Source: Amoebidium appalachense (Eukaryota; Protista; Ichthyosporea). Taken from it: a stretch of DNA of 64,000 nt. Position 1 is the first letter of the stretch. Each line of letters starts with the position of its first letter. Shown piece by piece: positions 43,565 to 56,609 of the stretch. The DNA lies in contig CAVNZM010000015.1 of the NCBI GenBank assembly GCA_963693365.1, positions 558,001-622,000 on the forward strand, in the 5' to 3' direction. Position numbers and translations under genes: made by a program. The notes beneath the pieces were generated by a model, which saw only the letters and a list, made by a program, of their open reading frames with translations, had not been told where the DNA came from and ran no database searches.

Positions 43565-46062
43565 AGGGGGAGGGAGGGAGGGGGGGGGGGGGGGGATGGG
43601 GGGAGGGGAGGATGTGTGTGTGTGGTGTCTGGGAATGGATGTGGGCGCGTGTGGGTGTTGTGCAAGTTTTTTTTTTTCTTTTTTGGGGGGGGGGGGAGGG
43701 GGGACGGCAAAGAGGAAAACGAGGCTAGCAATGAAATGGACGCTGAATCACGAGTAAGGGGCAAGTGTTCGGAATGGATGTGTGGGCTTTTTCTTTCCTT
43801 TTTTTTTTTTGTTGTTGTTGTTGTTGGTCGCATGAAGCATGTATGTATGTGTTGGGGAGACGCCGGGGGGGGGGGGGGGGGGGGGAGGAGGGGAGGAGGA
43901 AGAGGGGGGGGGGGGGGGGGGGGGGCTGGGATAGAGGAGAAAGGGGGGCTGATTGGGGGGGGGGGGGGGGGAGGGGGGGAAGGGGAGGCAGGGAGGGGAG
44001 GAGGAAGGCGGACGGGGGTGGGGGAGCTTGGATAGAGGAGGAAGGGGGCCTGGTTGGGGCGGGGGGGGGGGGGGGGGGGGTCTGCAGAGGTGAAGGAATA
44101 TTCATCATTCTTCTTGAGAGTTCTAGTGCTTTCCCCCATACCTCTGTTTTCTTCTTAATACTGAGCACGTGTTCCTCCCCCCCCCCCCCCCCCCCCCCCC
44201 CCCCAGTCCTCCTCCTGCGCGTTTGATCACATCTTCCTTCTCTGGCATTGCTCCTTGCTTCCCCATTCGGCACACACACACACACACACAGACAGACACA
44301 GACACGCTCTCTCTCTCCCTCACTCTCACACACATGCACACAGACACGCTCTCTCTCCGTCCCCCCCTCCCTCCGCCCCCCCCCTCCCACACACACACAC
44401 ACACATAGACACGCTCTCTCTGCCCGCCCCTCTCTCTCTCTCTCACCTATACAATAATTCCCTCCTGTTTCCTTTCCCTACCTCCATCACCCCCCTCCCC
44501 CTCCTCCCCCCCTCCCCCCCCTCCGCGCTCCCTCCCTCCTTCCCTTTTCCTCTCCCCACACACCCATTCAAACAAATTCCGTGAAAATAAATAAAATAAA
44601 TTATAAATAATGCAATACAGGATCCGTTCACGAGCCCCCCCTTCTGGTGGGTCAAATGGATAGCCATGGGAATGGACCGATCCAATCTGAACCTGCACGA
44701 GGACGATCACCTTCCTATTCTGGCAGAGAGGTTTGGGTGGAAACTCCCCCCAGTTGGGGACAGCGATCATTGGACCCCCCTCCGTGCCGAACAACCGAAA
44801 TTACACGGGGAAATTGCGAGGAGAGTCAACATGCAGACCATGTTTTATCATATGGGCCTCAGTCAGACACTGTGTTTTCTGGTCAATCGGAAGAGATAGT
44901 AAGAACCCCCCTCCCCCCCCCCCCCCCCCCCCCCCCCCGCCGCCCCAACGCGCGCGCACACACACACACATAACACACACACACACTCTCCTCTCTCGCA
45001 CACTTACACACGCACATACATACACATACACACGTGTGCGCACACGCACACAGAAACAACTATAGGGCTCCCTTTTTTTTTCGATGTCTTTGTTTTTCGT
45101 CGTTTTTGTCTTGTGCCTCTTTGATGCATTTCTCGCCTTGCTCTCATATTCACCATCGGTTAATGCAGACCCCCCCCCCCCCCCCCCCTCACTTTTATAA
45201 TGGACCGTGGTAAAGTGTCGTTTGCCTGCCCATTCGACCCATTAGGTATATTTTCAAGTGATATCGGCCTCAATTTCTTTTTCATGCAATGTGTTCTCCT
45301 CCTATATGATCATACTTTTTAAAAATAACTCACTAAATATTAACGTCACGCAGTGCGCTTGCCACCTACATGATCATCTTCTTCTGCCTTCTATTCGCGG
45401 TCGCCTGGGCGACCATCCTAGCCGTGGTTCCAATCGGCGACATATTTTCATGCAAAATTACGGAAGATCTAGTGTGGGTCCTATTCACAAACCCCTTTAT
45501 CGAACTTTCGGTCGCATTTGCCTACGTCACGGTGATGTTTGGGGCGCTGGATCACTGTATTCCATGGAGACCCTTCAAGTACTATGGCCCAGTACTGGCC
45601 GTGCTATATTTGGTGCAGGTGGGTTATAAATAGTAACGGTTAATTTCAAGCCCTCCCCCCCCCCCCCCCCCCCCCCCCCCGGCGCCCCCCTCCCCCTTCA
45701 ATCCCTCCCCCTCCTCAACCCCAATCCCAATCCCAACGCTTCTGAGAATGCATTATCCTTTGTGTTGTGCTTTACCAAGTGTACATTCTGTTGTCCATCA
45801 TGAAACTGTGGCTCGTACCCTGTAACACATTCCCCCCATCCCCCTCCCCCCCCAACACACACACACATACACACATACACAAACAAACACACACACACAC
45901 ATACACGCACACATCTCTTGCTGTGCTCTAAACATTGTAATACTCTCTTCGTTTGTGCTTTTGTTTGTGTAAGATCTGTATATTTTGGTTACCATTATGT
46001 GTAACATTTAGCAATGTGTGGTTTGAAAAACCGTGTGAATCTTTTTACTTGGCACTTTGTAG

Positions 46063-46117
<55 letters not shown>

Positions 46118-48823
46118 ACCACCCCCCCCCACCCCATCCTCTCCTCCCCCCTCCCGCCTCGTCCCCCCCCCCTTCTCCCCCCCCCCCCCCCCTTTTTTTT
46201 TTTCCCTTTGGACCCGGACTAGTAAGGCTATTTAGTCCCATTTGGCAAGACTTGTGCATCGTTGGGTTTGCTCCTATCAAGCAAAGTGCATGCAGGTAGA
46301 GGTAGATTAGGATCAGAGAACAGTGGAGCTGTAGGTGCTTAGCATTATACACATATGTTGGAAACGTGAGGATAGGGTACAATGGGGGTTGGAATGGTGG
46401 GTTTTTCTTTTTTCTTTTTTCCTTTTTCTCTTTTCTTCCCTTTTTTCTTTTTCTGAGAAGGGGGGAGGGGGAGGGGGGAGGGGGGAGGAGGGGAGGGGGG
46501 GGGGGGGGGAGGAGGGACGACTGCTTTCCTGACTAAAGACACAACGATATTTGCCGGGGCACACTCACATACACTCACACACACACATGTTTACACGCAC
46601 ACACACACACGTGTGAACACACATGAAGGGTTTACACACGTGAACACACATACAATGACTCAAACACGTACATGTATATGCACATACTATGTACATCAAA
46701 CACGTACATGTATATGCACATACTATGTACATCAAACACGTACTCAAACACCTGAGCACCTACACATGAACGTACATTCACGTATACACACAAGCTCACA
46801 CAGACCCACGTGCATGTCACACACACAACATACACACACACACAAACACACGTACACACACATAAACACACGTACACACACGTAAACACACACACGTACA
46901 CACACGTACACACACACACACGTACACACACGTACACACACACACGTACACACACGTACATACACGTACACACACGTAAACACACACACGTACACACACG
47001 TACACACACACGTACACACGTACACACACGTACACACACGTACACGCACACGTACAGGTAACCCTGTTTCTCCCCATATCTTGGACCGTCGGTTCTTTCA
47101 GTATGACCGGGCTCGTCTCCCGCCTAGTAACATATGTCGTCACGATGGGGGGAATGGAAATTTCAAAACCGTATATCTTGGGCTATGATGTGGAGAAAAA
47201 CCAGTCGACGAAAAAGTGGGGGCCTGAGATGGAGGAGAGGTGGGGGGTCTATAGGTTTGTGGGGTTCCAACAGGCCGGGCTGACGATGGTTATGTTTGGA
47301 TACGGGTACGGCATCAAGGTGAGAAAGCCTTTTCCGAGATAACTTTTTGGATAATCTTTTTGTGAATAATTGAAATCTGGATGTATATATATACGCGGAG
47401 GAAGTTTGTGACCTTCTGATATTTGACAGATTGCTGCATTTCAATCAAGGTTGCTTTGGCTCGGTAATGCTACATTTACTATATGTTGTGTTTTGGGATG
47501 ATCCTCCCCCTCCCCCCCCCCCCCACCCCCCCCCCCCCCCCTTTGGACCCTCCCTGAGGATGGGCTCTGCTTATGACACATACTGTGTGCATTGCTGATG
47601 TTGCATACTTGAATGTTTGCCTTTGCATGTGTCCTTCGTGTATGCGTACTTCGTACCGTGTGCCGCATTCAAACCCCCCCCCCCCCCCCCCCCCCCCCAA
47701 ACACACACACACACACACACACCACCACACCCCTCCTCCCACCACCAAACAAAAACAAAGGGGGGGAAGGGTTTAAAAGAAAAGAGGGGGGTGGTGTGTG
47801 TGGGGGGGGGGGAGAGGGGGGGAAGAAGTGAAGAAAATAAGGTGGGTGGGTGGGGTGGGGTTGGGAAGGATGGGGGAAATTTTTTTTATTTTTTTTTGGG
47901 GGGGGGGGGGGGAGAGGGGTGGGGGGGGGGGGACTGTTCTGTTCGGTGCATGTTGGTGCACTACATTGTGCTATTAATTTTCTCTTTCTTTTCTTCCACT
48001 GTTCACCCTTTCTCCCTTCCCTAACCTTATCATTATAACTACCCTGCGGCGTGGGTCAAATCTCATATTTTCCCCTCTGATTACGAATTCTGTGGCCTTC
48101 GGGACTTAATTCTTTTCATCTGGTGTAGTATGTTAGCCAGGGAAGTATCGACTTAGGTATCGACGGGGGAGCTTCCTAGAAGCCCCGTCTCCTGAGTTCC
48201 TATCTATATTTTTCTTGCTTCTGCTTACTGCTGCAACTTTAACCCCCGGCCTTTCCCACTGCCCTTGCCTGCATAAGCAACCCTGCTCGTCTCTGATCAA
48301 GACGGGTGACCTACTCATGTTCAAGTGAAACAGTATCTGAGTTGGGTTTCGTTAACGAGGGGAATAGGTCGAAACTCGGGTACTGTGGATGACGTGGGCC
48401 CCCCCTGAGGATGGGCTCTGCTTATTATGCATACTCTTTATGTATGGCTTGCATTCTGCATCGTGTTATCCGTTTGTTCTTGTGTACTTCGTACTTTTTG
48501 ACGCATTCAAAACCCCCCCCCCCCCCCAGGATGAGCTCTGTTTATGATACATACCCTTTGTGTGCTTTGCACTCTGCATTGTATTGTCCGTCGTGATTGT
48601 GTACTTTGTAATCTTTAACACATTTTTATCCCCCACCCCCCCCACCCCCCCCAGCCCCCCGGGTCCTCCCACCTGTGTGAGTGTCTTCTGCCTGAACGTT
48701 TCGACGTCGTGTTTTGTATTTTTTACGTTTTTTGTTTGTCAAACTCTTTATTTCCATAATTGTCATTCTCTGATTTATACATCCCCCCCCTCCCCACCTT
48801 TGCTCCTCCCCTCCCTGCAACAC

Positions 48824-48889
<66 letters not shown>

Positions 48890-49354
48890 GCATGCGGCAC
48901 ACACACATACGCAATCCATTTCCCCCTCCCTCACCGCACACACACACAATCCCCCGCCCCCGCCCCCGCCCCCCTCCCCCCCCCCCCCCCCCCCCAAAAA
49001 AAAACCCCCCTCCCCCTCCCCCCACCTCCCACCCCCTCCCCACCCCTACCATACACACACACAGGTCGGGAGTGAATCGGTTCAAAAGGTTCTTCTTATT
49101 CTTCTCCAAATCATTGCTCTGGCAGCGCGTAAAACCGTCCAACACAGAACGACACCCCTCCCCCGTCCATTTACATTTATTCTCTCTGGGTTGTGGCCAA
49201 AATGTATTATCGATCTATTTGCGGTATGGAGTACGGCGAACTTTAAAGACGGGGATGAAGGGGTGGAGGATTTAGCTACGACGTATTTACTTGCTGCTTT
49301 AAGCCCTCTCTCTATGGTGCTGTTTTGCACGTTTGAGGTAAGTGTGTTGTTCTC

Positions 49355-49391
<37 letters not shown>

Positions 49392-49427
49392 AACCACCAC
49401 CACCATCACCACCACCACCACCACCAC

Positions 49428-49520
<93 letters not shown>

Positions 49521-49521
49521 A

Positions 49522-49570
<49 letters not shown>

Positions 49571-50105
49571 CCCCTAACCCCACCTCCCTCCCCTTCTCTT
49601 CCCCATTCTTGGCCAAGACGGGTCACCTCACCTACTGCTGTTGAAACAAAAAATGGGTTGTGAACCACACCCGAGAAATTGAAAGAGTCGAAGCCCATTC
49701 TTTTGTGGAGGCGTGGGAGCCCCCCTGATGATAGGCTCTATTCAAATATTCCTTGACTGCAATTTTTTTTTTTTTTTTTTTTTTTTTTTGGTTCAACGGT
49801 TTGTTTGATTTCTGGTTCATGTATATTTTTGACGTTTTGTGTTTGGTCTTTTCATTCCACCGTCTCCATAATTCCAACCTTCTAATGCACACATTAAGCC
49901 CCCCCCCCCCCCCCCCCTCCCCCCCCCCCCCCCCTCCCGCCCCCTCCCCCCCCCCCCCCCCCCACCACCACCACCACCATCTCCCAACCCCACACCCACC
50001 CACCCACCCACCCACCCACCTCTTCCCCAGTTCCTCAAACCCCCCTAAACGTTTAACCAACAACAACCCATCCTACCTGAGTTGCTTACTGAATGACTTC
50101 TCTTT

Positions 50106-50138
<33 letters not shown>

Positions 50139-51403
50139 CTTTACAACACTCGATGTACTTTTTTTTTTCCTGTGTTTGTGCTTAGCAATTATTCTCCCCC
50201 CCCCCCTCCCCCCCCCCCCCCCCCCCTCTCCCCCGGGCCCCTAAGCCCAGTGATTTTGGAATTTGTACGTGCAAGTCACCATAGCTTTGCTAACTCTACC
50301 ACACCCCTACGCATGTGCACACAAATGCACCTCCCCCACCCCCCCAACCCCAACCCCTCCCCTCCTTCTCTCCCCCCACAAAACACGCACAAAATATGCA
50401 CACACATCACACACAAACACAGCCACACGCGTATATACGTAAACACACACACACAGACACACACACACACACACACACACACGTACACGCACACTCGCAC
50501 GCGTAAACACAAGTACACACACACGTACATTACACCCGCATACACACATCCACACGTACACACACACATCCCCCCCCCACACACACACGCACACACACAC
50601 ACACACGTACATACACACGTACAGCAATCACACCTGTGGTTCCGCTTTCGCTGTTTCATCCGTTCTTGGCCGAAGACCCTCTTCACGTGCAAACCCCTCG
50701 ACCCAAACGTAATTCCGATCGAACACGATATGGATTTCGACGGGAGGGGTTGCACAAACGCGCACCCCGATTACAGGCGGGGAAAAGTGAATTTCGCGTT
50801 TTACGAGTTTTTGTCTTTGCTCGTATCCTACACTGTATATCTTGCCATCGCACCGGTGTTGAGATATGGACCGAATACGGATCGGTATCCGTTTGGGACG
50901 AACGATCAGGAGGGAGGGAACGTATTGAATGGAGATTTCTCCGATAAGAGGTATGTGTGCGTCTGGCCTAAAAACCTATAAATAACTATTGGGTGTGTCC
51001 TAAAAACTGTGCTGTATACTGCACTATCAGTGGTGATTGACTATTTGGTATATGCGGTAATCTGATTATGTGTCTGAGGGGAATGGAGGAGGTAGATGGG
51101 GCAATCTTAGCATGAGTGTGGAATGCTTTTACTTAGCTTCCATGGTTGCCACTCTAAGGGCATACACCTCCCCCTTCCCCCTCCCCCCCCCCCCCCCCCC
51201 CCCCCCCTTTTCCCCCCGCACGCACGCACCCACCCACCCACCCAACCCCCCGGGCTCTGCTTGTTATTCAAAATCTTGATGTGCATTTTGCAGTCTGCAT
51301 GTGTTGTCCGATATGAATGTGTTCTTCTTCGAATCTGTAGTCCTAACCCCCCCTTCCCCCACCCTCTGCCCTCCGCTACCCCGTTCCCGACACACACCCT
51401 CTG

Positions 51404-51479
<76 letters not shown>

Positions 51480-51606
51480 TTCCCGTCCCCCCAAGCACAC
51501 ACACACACACACACCCCGCCCCCCCTCTCCCCCCTCCCCCCCCCCCCCAAACACACACACACACGCACACACACATACACCCTCCCCCTCTCTCCCTCCC
51601 TCCTTC

Positions 51607-51658
<52 letters not shown>

Positions 51659-51943
51659 AAACCAAAAAAAAACCACAGGTTCTGGCTGTCTATGGTGTAT
51701 GCGCTCCTAATCGCCTTCATTCTTCTCGTGTGGCTACACCTCTACATTCTTTACATCCGCAAATGGTACCCGCAATCGTGGGTGCAATTTCAAGATCTCG
51801 TGGATATGTATAAGCGTGAGCCCCACATGGCCGGGTTTTTGGGATGTATCCTCGCCTCTAACGTGCTCACCGCCATGAATTTCTACCTGATCAACGCGAG
51901 ATTGTGGTATGCAAATGTGGGTGACTCTACTGCTTTGTGCTAA
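42346..51943 (+). CDS. Uncharacterised multipass membrane protein, ~690 aa, 8 exons
   Basis: Exons 42346-42622, 43390-43517, 44621-44898, 45354-45618, 47058-47318, 49065-49337, 50625-50950 and 51679-51943 are all GT-AG and phase-consistent, with no internal stop. About 9-11 hydrophobic segments follow a hydrophilic N-terminus. No family recognised. Confidence 0.85.
46661..47057. repeat. 36-bp tandem duplication followed by an (ACACACGT)n-like satellite abutting a splice acceptor
   Basis: CAAACACGTACATGTATATGCACATACTATGTACAT x2.3, then CACACGTA repeats up to the AG at 47056-47057. Confidence 0.85.
47545..47673 (+). mobile_element. 5'-truncated copy of the element
   Basis: CCCTCCCTGAGGATGGGCTCTGCTTATG...GCATTCAAA + poly-C; near-identical to the reverse complement of 35682-35806. 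Confidence 0.8.
48261..48782 (+). mobile_element. Full copy of the hammerhead-like dispersed element followed by additional tandem tail segments
   Basis: About 170 nt align with the reverse complement of 35779-35948. The T-rich tail ends GCATTCAAAA + poly-C at ~48512. Further tail-like units lie at 48528-48629 and 48670-48782. Confidence 0.75.
48271..48432 (+). ncRNA. Candidate permuted/pseudoknotted hammerhead ribozyme (copy A, intact core)
   Basis: Stem III is CAGTATCTGAG(T) 48331-48342 with (A)CTCGGGTACTG 48374-48385. GUU 48341-48343. Stem I is GGG 48344-46 with CCC 48402-04. CUGAGGA 48405-48411. Stem II is GGCT 48414-17 with GGTC 48367-70. GAAA 48371-74. G-U pairs fix the + orientation. 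Confidence 0.6.
49600..49900 (+). mobile_element. Degenerate copy of the element (second subfamily)
   Basis: AATGGG-TT ... AGAGTC-GAAG-CCCATT ... CCCC-CTGATGA-TA-GGCTCT (CTGATGA at 49725-49731), then a T-rich tail into poly-C. Confidence 0.7.
51251..51346 (+). mobile_element. Diverged truncated copy of the element
   Basis: GGGCTCTGCTT followed by a tail ending CCTAA + poly-C. Confidence 0.5.
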
Positions 51944-52313
51944 GCGTCGGGTCGTTTTTCGAGCCCTTTATAACTTTTCTCCTGAAGGTTCAGATCCTTT
52001 TTAAAATCTTTATAACTTTTTATCTTAAATTTTAATTCTTGCACGTGGTTGGCTTGATAGCCTTTCTTTTGGGGGAAAAGGTTCTGGTGCGTGACGTAAG
52101 GTGGCGAAGGGTTTTGATGAATAAGTGTTCGTTCTTGTTTTTGTTGGCTGAAGAGAAACTGTGAAGGTTTTTGATCTAAAAGGGCGAATGGTTTCTGTTT
52201 TTGTTGTACGTCTTGGACCTGTTCTTCCTCTCTTCCTTTTGTTTCGTGTGCCTGCACATGTGACACGTGCTCGGTGTGTGTCTGTGTGTGGTGTGCTTTT
52301 TTTTTTTTTTTTT

Positions 52314-52358
<45 letters not shown>

Positions 52359-52387
52359 CGGATTCGAAGGTAGGGTGGGTGGGATTG

Positions 52388-52424
<37 letters not shown>

Positions 52425-53939
52425 GCTACTACGTGGGGTGAAATGGAGAATGCTTTCGTATATGAGTTTATAACCTGTTTTGTGACTCGGAATTTTTTTG
52501 GAACGAGACTTTAATATTCAGGATAGTTCGTGCAATCAATCTTAAGCGGCTTTTTTATGCAGCGCTAGCCCAGCGGTTTATTATAACCGTGGCACGTGAT
52601 TGCAGCGTTTTAACTGGTAGTGTAGTTGGAAATAGTCATGGTTGTAGTTGATATAAAATATCATAAAATTGTAATGTCATGCACTGTTGCTGCCCCACCA
52701 ATAGCTCTAGAAGATAAAGCCTTTACCGAGAAACAGTAAACAGGCCACGGATCAGGTGTAATAGGGTAGAACGTTGGGCTGAGTAAAAACGTGATGCAAT
52801 GGGCGGCCATGGCTAAATTTTAAAAGTGTTGCTTTATTTTTATTTTATTTTTTATTTTTGACTTTGGTTGGTGCACCTTTTGTATGTCTCGCATATGCGG
52901 CAGCAATACCATATATATCCAAGCAGTGCCTGGGTACTGTGTGCATGTGATGCATGTTAATATAACCACATATAACGTACTGAGATAACATACCGCCCTA
53001 TAACCAGCCAGGCTAGGTAGGATTCACCTCCTTCCTCCCCTGCCCCACTTCTACCATTTCAATGATGGGCACCCTAAATTCCAATGTTTTCCCGGCATAC
53101 ACGTGCCGTCCAAAAGCAATTCACCTACACGGAATTGTATGCATGCGCAGACACGGGGGAGATGAACCACAATGTGCGCACATCACGAATAAAAGACAGT
53201 GTAAGTAGCAATCGGACGGTGTGTAATAATACATCCTACGTGTGCACAAAGGAGGGCAGGTTTGGGGGAGGTCGTGGTGGGTGGGTTGGTGGGTTGGTGG
53301 GTGTTGGGGGAGGGGAGGCCTAGGGGGTTGGGGGGAATGGTGCCGGGGAGGGGGGGGGGGGGGGGGGTGCACGCCACGTGCAATATGAACCGGTTCTCTT
53401 ATTATGTAATTTAATTCCATTAGATCACGGCACGCATGCAATTATAAATTTAATGGTGTGCTATAACGCTATAAATTTATACCTCCACCAGTCATGTGCG
53501 CCCATTAATATCGTGCACGTCTCCCCTGTGAACATGTCTGCGCATGTACATCATATTGGTGAATCATTTTGGGGGTACACGTGCACGCCGGGGAAATTTG
53601 GAATTTGGGGTGCCCGCAAAGGGAGAAGGGTGGGGGGGGGGGGGGGGGGGGGGGGGGAGAGGGGTTGTGCTACTTATCGGGAGTGGCCTTCGGTTTGGGT
53701 TGCTGTCAGTGACGGGATTCAATAATTTCAATTATGGGATGATAATTTAGGGGCCTGTAAATTAAACGCTCATCTGCATATATATGCATATATTGCAAGT
53801 TGTTTTAATTGTTGGAAATTGTTGGAAACTAAAGTTTGTGCACGTAACAGGTCTTTGTGGAGCTGGACTAGAATATTAATGGATCAAAGGGTAGTTGCAC
53901 CGTGTACACGTGAGGAGGGGAATGGGTTCGATAGTGTGG

Positions 53940-53993
<54 letters not shown>

Positions 53994-54407
53994 ACATGTG
54001 TGTGTGTGTGTGTGTGTGCAATGGGGGAGGGGGGGGGAAGGTGTGGTGGTGGTGGTGGTGGTGGGGGGGGGGGGGGGGGGGGAGGGTCATGGGGGACCTC
54101 GACACAAGGCAAACAGTTTATATATTAATTAATAAACGTACAGTGCCATGTCAAGGCATATTATGGGTTTTAAATCAACTTGATATTCCGGCTTTGTTTA
54201 GTTGTTTTATAAAAACTCTCCGGGGGGGATTGTTTCATTTTTTCATGCTAAGATTATTATCGGTTATTGTTGTCGGACAGGAAGCAGATCATTCAAAAGT
54301 AAGTCCCGTGTGTGCTATGATACAGGCGCATACATGTGTTTGCATGGAAGGAACAGGATCCTCACATGAGCGTGTGCTGATGACATGACTTGTTTTGTGT
54401 GTGTGTG

Positions 54408-54510
<103 letters not shown>

Positions 54511-54567
54511 ATGTGTGTGTGTGTGTGTTGCCCTCTGTGTGTGTGTGTGCCTGTGTTTGTTTGTGTG

Positions 54568-54655
<88 letters not shown>

Positions 54656-55197
54656 CTACTTTGTGCGCAGACGCCAGGTGCAAGGACGTCGGCAAGAGCA
54701 TGTATGTTTAAATATATCTACATTGCTTGCCCCCTGCGTCCCTCGAGCTCTCTCACTTCCCCCCCTCCCCCCAACCTTTCCGCCTCCCCCCTCCCCCCCC
54801 CCCCTCCCCCCTCCCCCCCCCCCCCCCCCTTCTGCCTTCCCGTTCCTCCTTCTCCCCCACCTTCCCCACCTTCCCCCCCCCCCCTCCCCATACCTCCGTC
54901 TCCCCCTTCCTCCCTTTCCCTTCCCCACCCCCCCCACCCCCCCTCTCCTCCCGACGGGCTCCCCTCGCCACCTTCCCTAAACTTCCCTGCCTCACCCCCT
55001 TCTCTTCCCTCCCCCCCCCCCCTCCCCCCCTCCCCCCCCTCCCCCCCCTCCCCCCCCCCCCCCCCCCCCCCCCCCACCCACCCACAAACACACACTCTAC
55101 CCCCTCACATGGCGCCCCCCCCTCCCCCCTCCCCCCTCCCCCCTCCCCACCGCCTCTTTCACCTTCCTCTACTCGTTTTTTTTCCCCGGTGCAGTTT

Positions 55198-56049
55198 CTA
55201 TTGCCTGCGTGTGCCTGCCAGCAACACAAACCCAAGCCAACCCTTCGTTGCCGTGTGCATCTGCTCCAACTGACTCCTTCTTTCCGCAATCCACCCAAGG
55301 TCCGGGTCACATGGATTAGCGCGCAAGTAATCATCAAAGTTTGCGATGTATCCATCCTGGTACGTCGCCCATTCCTCATCCGCTACTGTGTGCGAAAAGA
55401 ACTTCTCGAATTCCCTTTCAAACTCAATAACCAACTCGCCGTGCATAGGGATTGACCCTGCATCGCCCATCATTCCCTCCACATCCTCCGGGGGTGTGCG
55501 TTCCCAGCACAACATTCCCAGCACGCACAGACCACGTGTTCCCAGCAGGTCACGTGCCGTAGCTATGGTCTTCTCCCAGCCCCCACACACGTGCTCCGAC
55601 CCCACACACACAAACCCCTCATACCCGGTCTTACATCTGTGCTTGTCGGCATTGAATCCCTCGCACATCACTCGCAATCTTCCAGGTGCCACTCTTCCCA
55701 TCCCCTGCAGAATTGCCGTTTGTGTTGCATGTTGTGAGCTGTCTACACCCACGGCGCTCATGTTCGGTTCAATCTCCAGTAGGCGTAGTGTAAGCTCAGC
55801 CCGCCCACATCCCGCGTCCAAGAGAATGGGTCCCGTGTAATGTCTCTCCGTGCACACTTCAACCTCCGCATGCGTGTGTGCGTGTGCTTGTGCTTGTGCG
55901 GGTGCGTGTGCGTGTGAAGCCCCAAACGCACGCAGGTGGGGTGCACAGGCGGCAACTAGGTTTTCGAATGTGGCCGGAGCGCAGGGGCCGTGAAAGACGA
56001 AGGTGCGGTGGCCGATGGCAGAAAACCGTTCGCGCAATGTTATCTCCAT
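55198..56049 (-). CDS. Intronless class I SAM-dependent methyltransferase, bacterial YjhP-like, ~283 aa
   Basis: Motif I LLDAGCGRAEL, then AVGVDSS, CVGSEHVCGG, LCWERTP, EEWATYQ, NPCDPD and a terminal WLGFVLLAG. The start is placed at ATG 56049 (MEITLRERFSAIGH) because the bacterial-like N-terminus begins there. Confidence 0.88.
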   Translation of the reverse strand: MEITLRERFSAIGHRTFVFHGPCAPATFENLVAACAPHLRAFGASHAHAPAQAQAHAHTHAEVEVCTERHYTGPILLDAGCGRAELTLRLLEIEPNMSAVGVDSSQHATQTAILQGMGRVAPGRLRVMCEGFNADKHRCKTGYEGFVCVGSEHVCGGWEKTIATARDLLGTRGLCVLGMLCWERTPPEDVEGMMGDAGSIPMHGELVIEFEREFEKFFSHTVADEEWATYQDGYIANFDDYLRANPCDPDLGWIAERRSQLEQMHTATKGWLGFVLLAGTRRQ

Positions 56050-56561
56050 GGTTGGGAGGGGGGTGGATGCTGGCGAAGGAAGGGAGGAGAGATGTCGAGC
56101 CACCCAGAAGTATTGAGGTTTTGTGTCGTTGTAGTTGTTGTAGTTGTGGACTCGGATCCGCAACGAAAAACGATTCATATGGAGACCGGTTCCCGGCGAA
56201 TACGAGCGTGGGCAATAGGCAATACGCTCTGCTCACTACAAGAAAATAATAGTACTGGGGTGTCATAGACATAGTTCTTGCTGGTTTATTTTTGAGATGC
56301 TTGCAGCTGCGCCAGCTATTATAGCATAGCACCGCCAAGTAATCATACTGGACGTGGCAGCCAGGCCACCTATACAAATGGCACTCCGTTTACAAATAAA
56401 AAGCTGTTGTGATTTGATTCTGAGATTCGTGAGTAACACTTCCTGATCTCTTTATGTGCAGAACACGAATTCAGCTCCGTGATGAGTACTCAGCAAATGT
56501 AATCAAAGGTTTACTCCTGTCAGAGCACTTACACACACACATAAACACATACACACACACA

Positions 56562-56609
<48 letters not shown>

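Noticed and set aside
48340-48390. Resemblance of the element to 7SL/5S RNA or a Pol III B-box (GGTCGAAAC)
   Set aside because: No SRP helix-8 motif, no A-box and no colinear 5S match. Other copies read AGTCGA, which hammerhead stem II plus GAAA explains better.
56050-56178. N-terminal extension of the methyltransferase ORF
   Set aside because: Homology-like sequence begins at the downstream ATG (56049), so this is probably 5' UTR.
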